Assembly (NCBI RefSeq): GCF_009914755.1
Contig: NC_060932.1
Length of the DNA: 64,000 bases
Direction: 5' to 3' (one strand)
Source of the DNA: the human T2T-CHM13v2.0 reference genome, Homo sapiens
Below the pieces are notes generated by a model, which had not been told where the DNA came from, did no database searches, and worked only from the letters and a program-made list of their open reading frames with translations. Shown in pieces: positions 63,084 through 64,000 of this stretch. A program made the position numbers and the translations under genes. The stretch's first letter is position 1. Every line of letters starts with the position of its first letter.

Positions 63084-63250
63084 CCAGGTGGGGGAGCACT
63101 CCAGAGTCCTAGCTCCTTGGGAGGCTGAGACAGGAGGATTGCATGACCAGGATTCAAGGCTGTGGTGAGCTATGATCATGCCACTGCGCTCCAGCCTAGG
63201 TGACAGAGTAGACTCCATCTCTGTAAAATAAATAAATAAATAAATAATAA
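63084..63250 (+). mobile_element. FRAM/AluJ right monomer
   Basis: gggaggctgagacaggaggattgc...gtgagctatgatcatgccactgc with an (AAAT)n tail. Confidence 0.8.
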
Positions 63251-64000
63251 CCACAGAGAAAACAAAACACTCTCCACTCACTTATGTTATAGCCTATGGT
63301 AAGTTATTTCTTGTCCATAACTCCACAGCAAAAATCACATAATATTATCGAAAAAATGTTAATCATAAAATACCCAAATTCCCTAGTTGCACTTTTTTTT
63401 TCTTATTGGCACATTTGTATTAATATTCATACCAGTTCTTTTGCCCTAATATCATACCTCTTCTATATCCTTTCAAGTGTTAGAAAAAAATGAAATTAAA
63501 CATCTTTTAGCCTTCCTTTTCTGGGCTATATTGCACTAGTTCCTTCAGTTAACTTTATAATTCTATTTTTCTTTTCTTTAATTATGTTGTTGCTGTCTTC
63601 TGGACCCTCGATGATTAGCATGAGACCACTAAATTAAATTTCACTTGTTATGCCTAAGTCTCTATGTAGCAAGTTATTACATTAATTGACCTGATGCCTC
63701 AGGCTGGTCTTCATGATTGAAATGGAATATATTACTATAAAGTGAAAATTTTGTTTTGCTTATTATACCAACTATTGGTTGATCTTTTTATCATAAAATT
63801 TACATTTACTTATTCTTCCCATTGAGATTATTATGAAAAGAAATATTCATCGTTAATTCCTTAAGCTATATCTATAGCTTTTAAATGGAAAATTGATGCT
63901 TTTCTTTCTTTTTTTTTTTTTTTCATTCCTCTCTTCTTTTTGTGAACATTGTCTCAGGGTCGAACTTGTCCTTCTGTTTGTCTCTTCCTCTGAACGTTAG

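Overview
AT-rich, repeat-dense primate DNA, probably human (an AluY with Ya5-lineage diagnostics and an L1PA2). Most of it is LINE-1, Alu, MaLR/ERV LTR, MIR, L2 and DNA-transposon remnants. The long ORFs in the track are L1 remnants; the rest come from Alu or low-complexity sequence, or are chance. Two small + strand exons with good splice sites (15868-15935 and 58529-58588) join in frame as ELDPVTKQLMLQTAKPTFGHLTD-EDVKNEYLKKEQQKEWKDFK. From memory this matches the extended C-terminus of CNBD1, so the window is probably 3' intronic CNBD1 (needs BLAST). The most notable structures are: (1) a 5'-complete L1PA2 with a ~430-bp 3' transduction inside one 17-bp TSD; (2) a ~1-kb internal deletion in that L1, sealed by a templated inverted insert; (3) its antisense promoter/ORF0 donor facing the putative CNBD1 exons; (4) a 31-nt tailless U6 snRNA retrocopy with a 16-bp TSD nested in a 5'-inverted L1; (5) a very young AluYa4-like insertion. 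I find no evidence of a wholly new biological system. These are locus-specific cases of known retrotransposition mechanisms, plus one testable chimeric-transcript hypothesis. Repeat subfamily calls were made by eye, and boundaries of old repeats are approximate.
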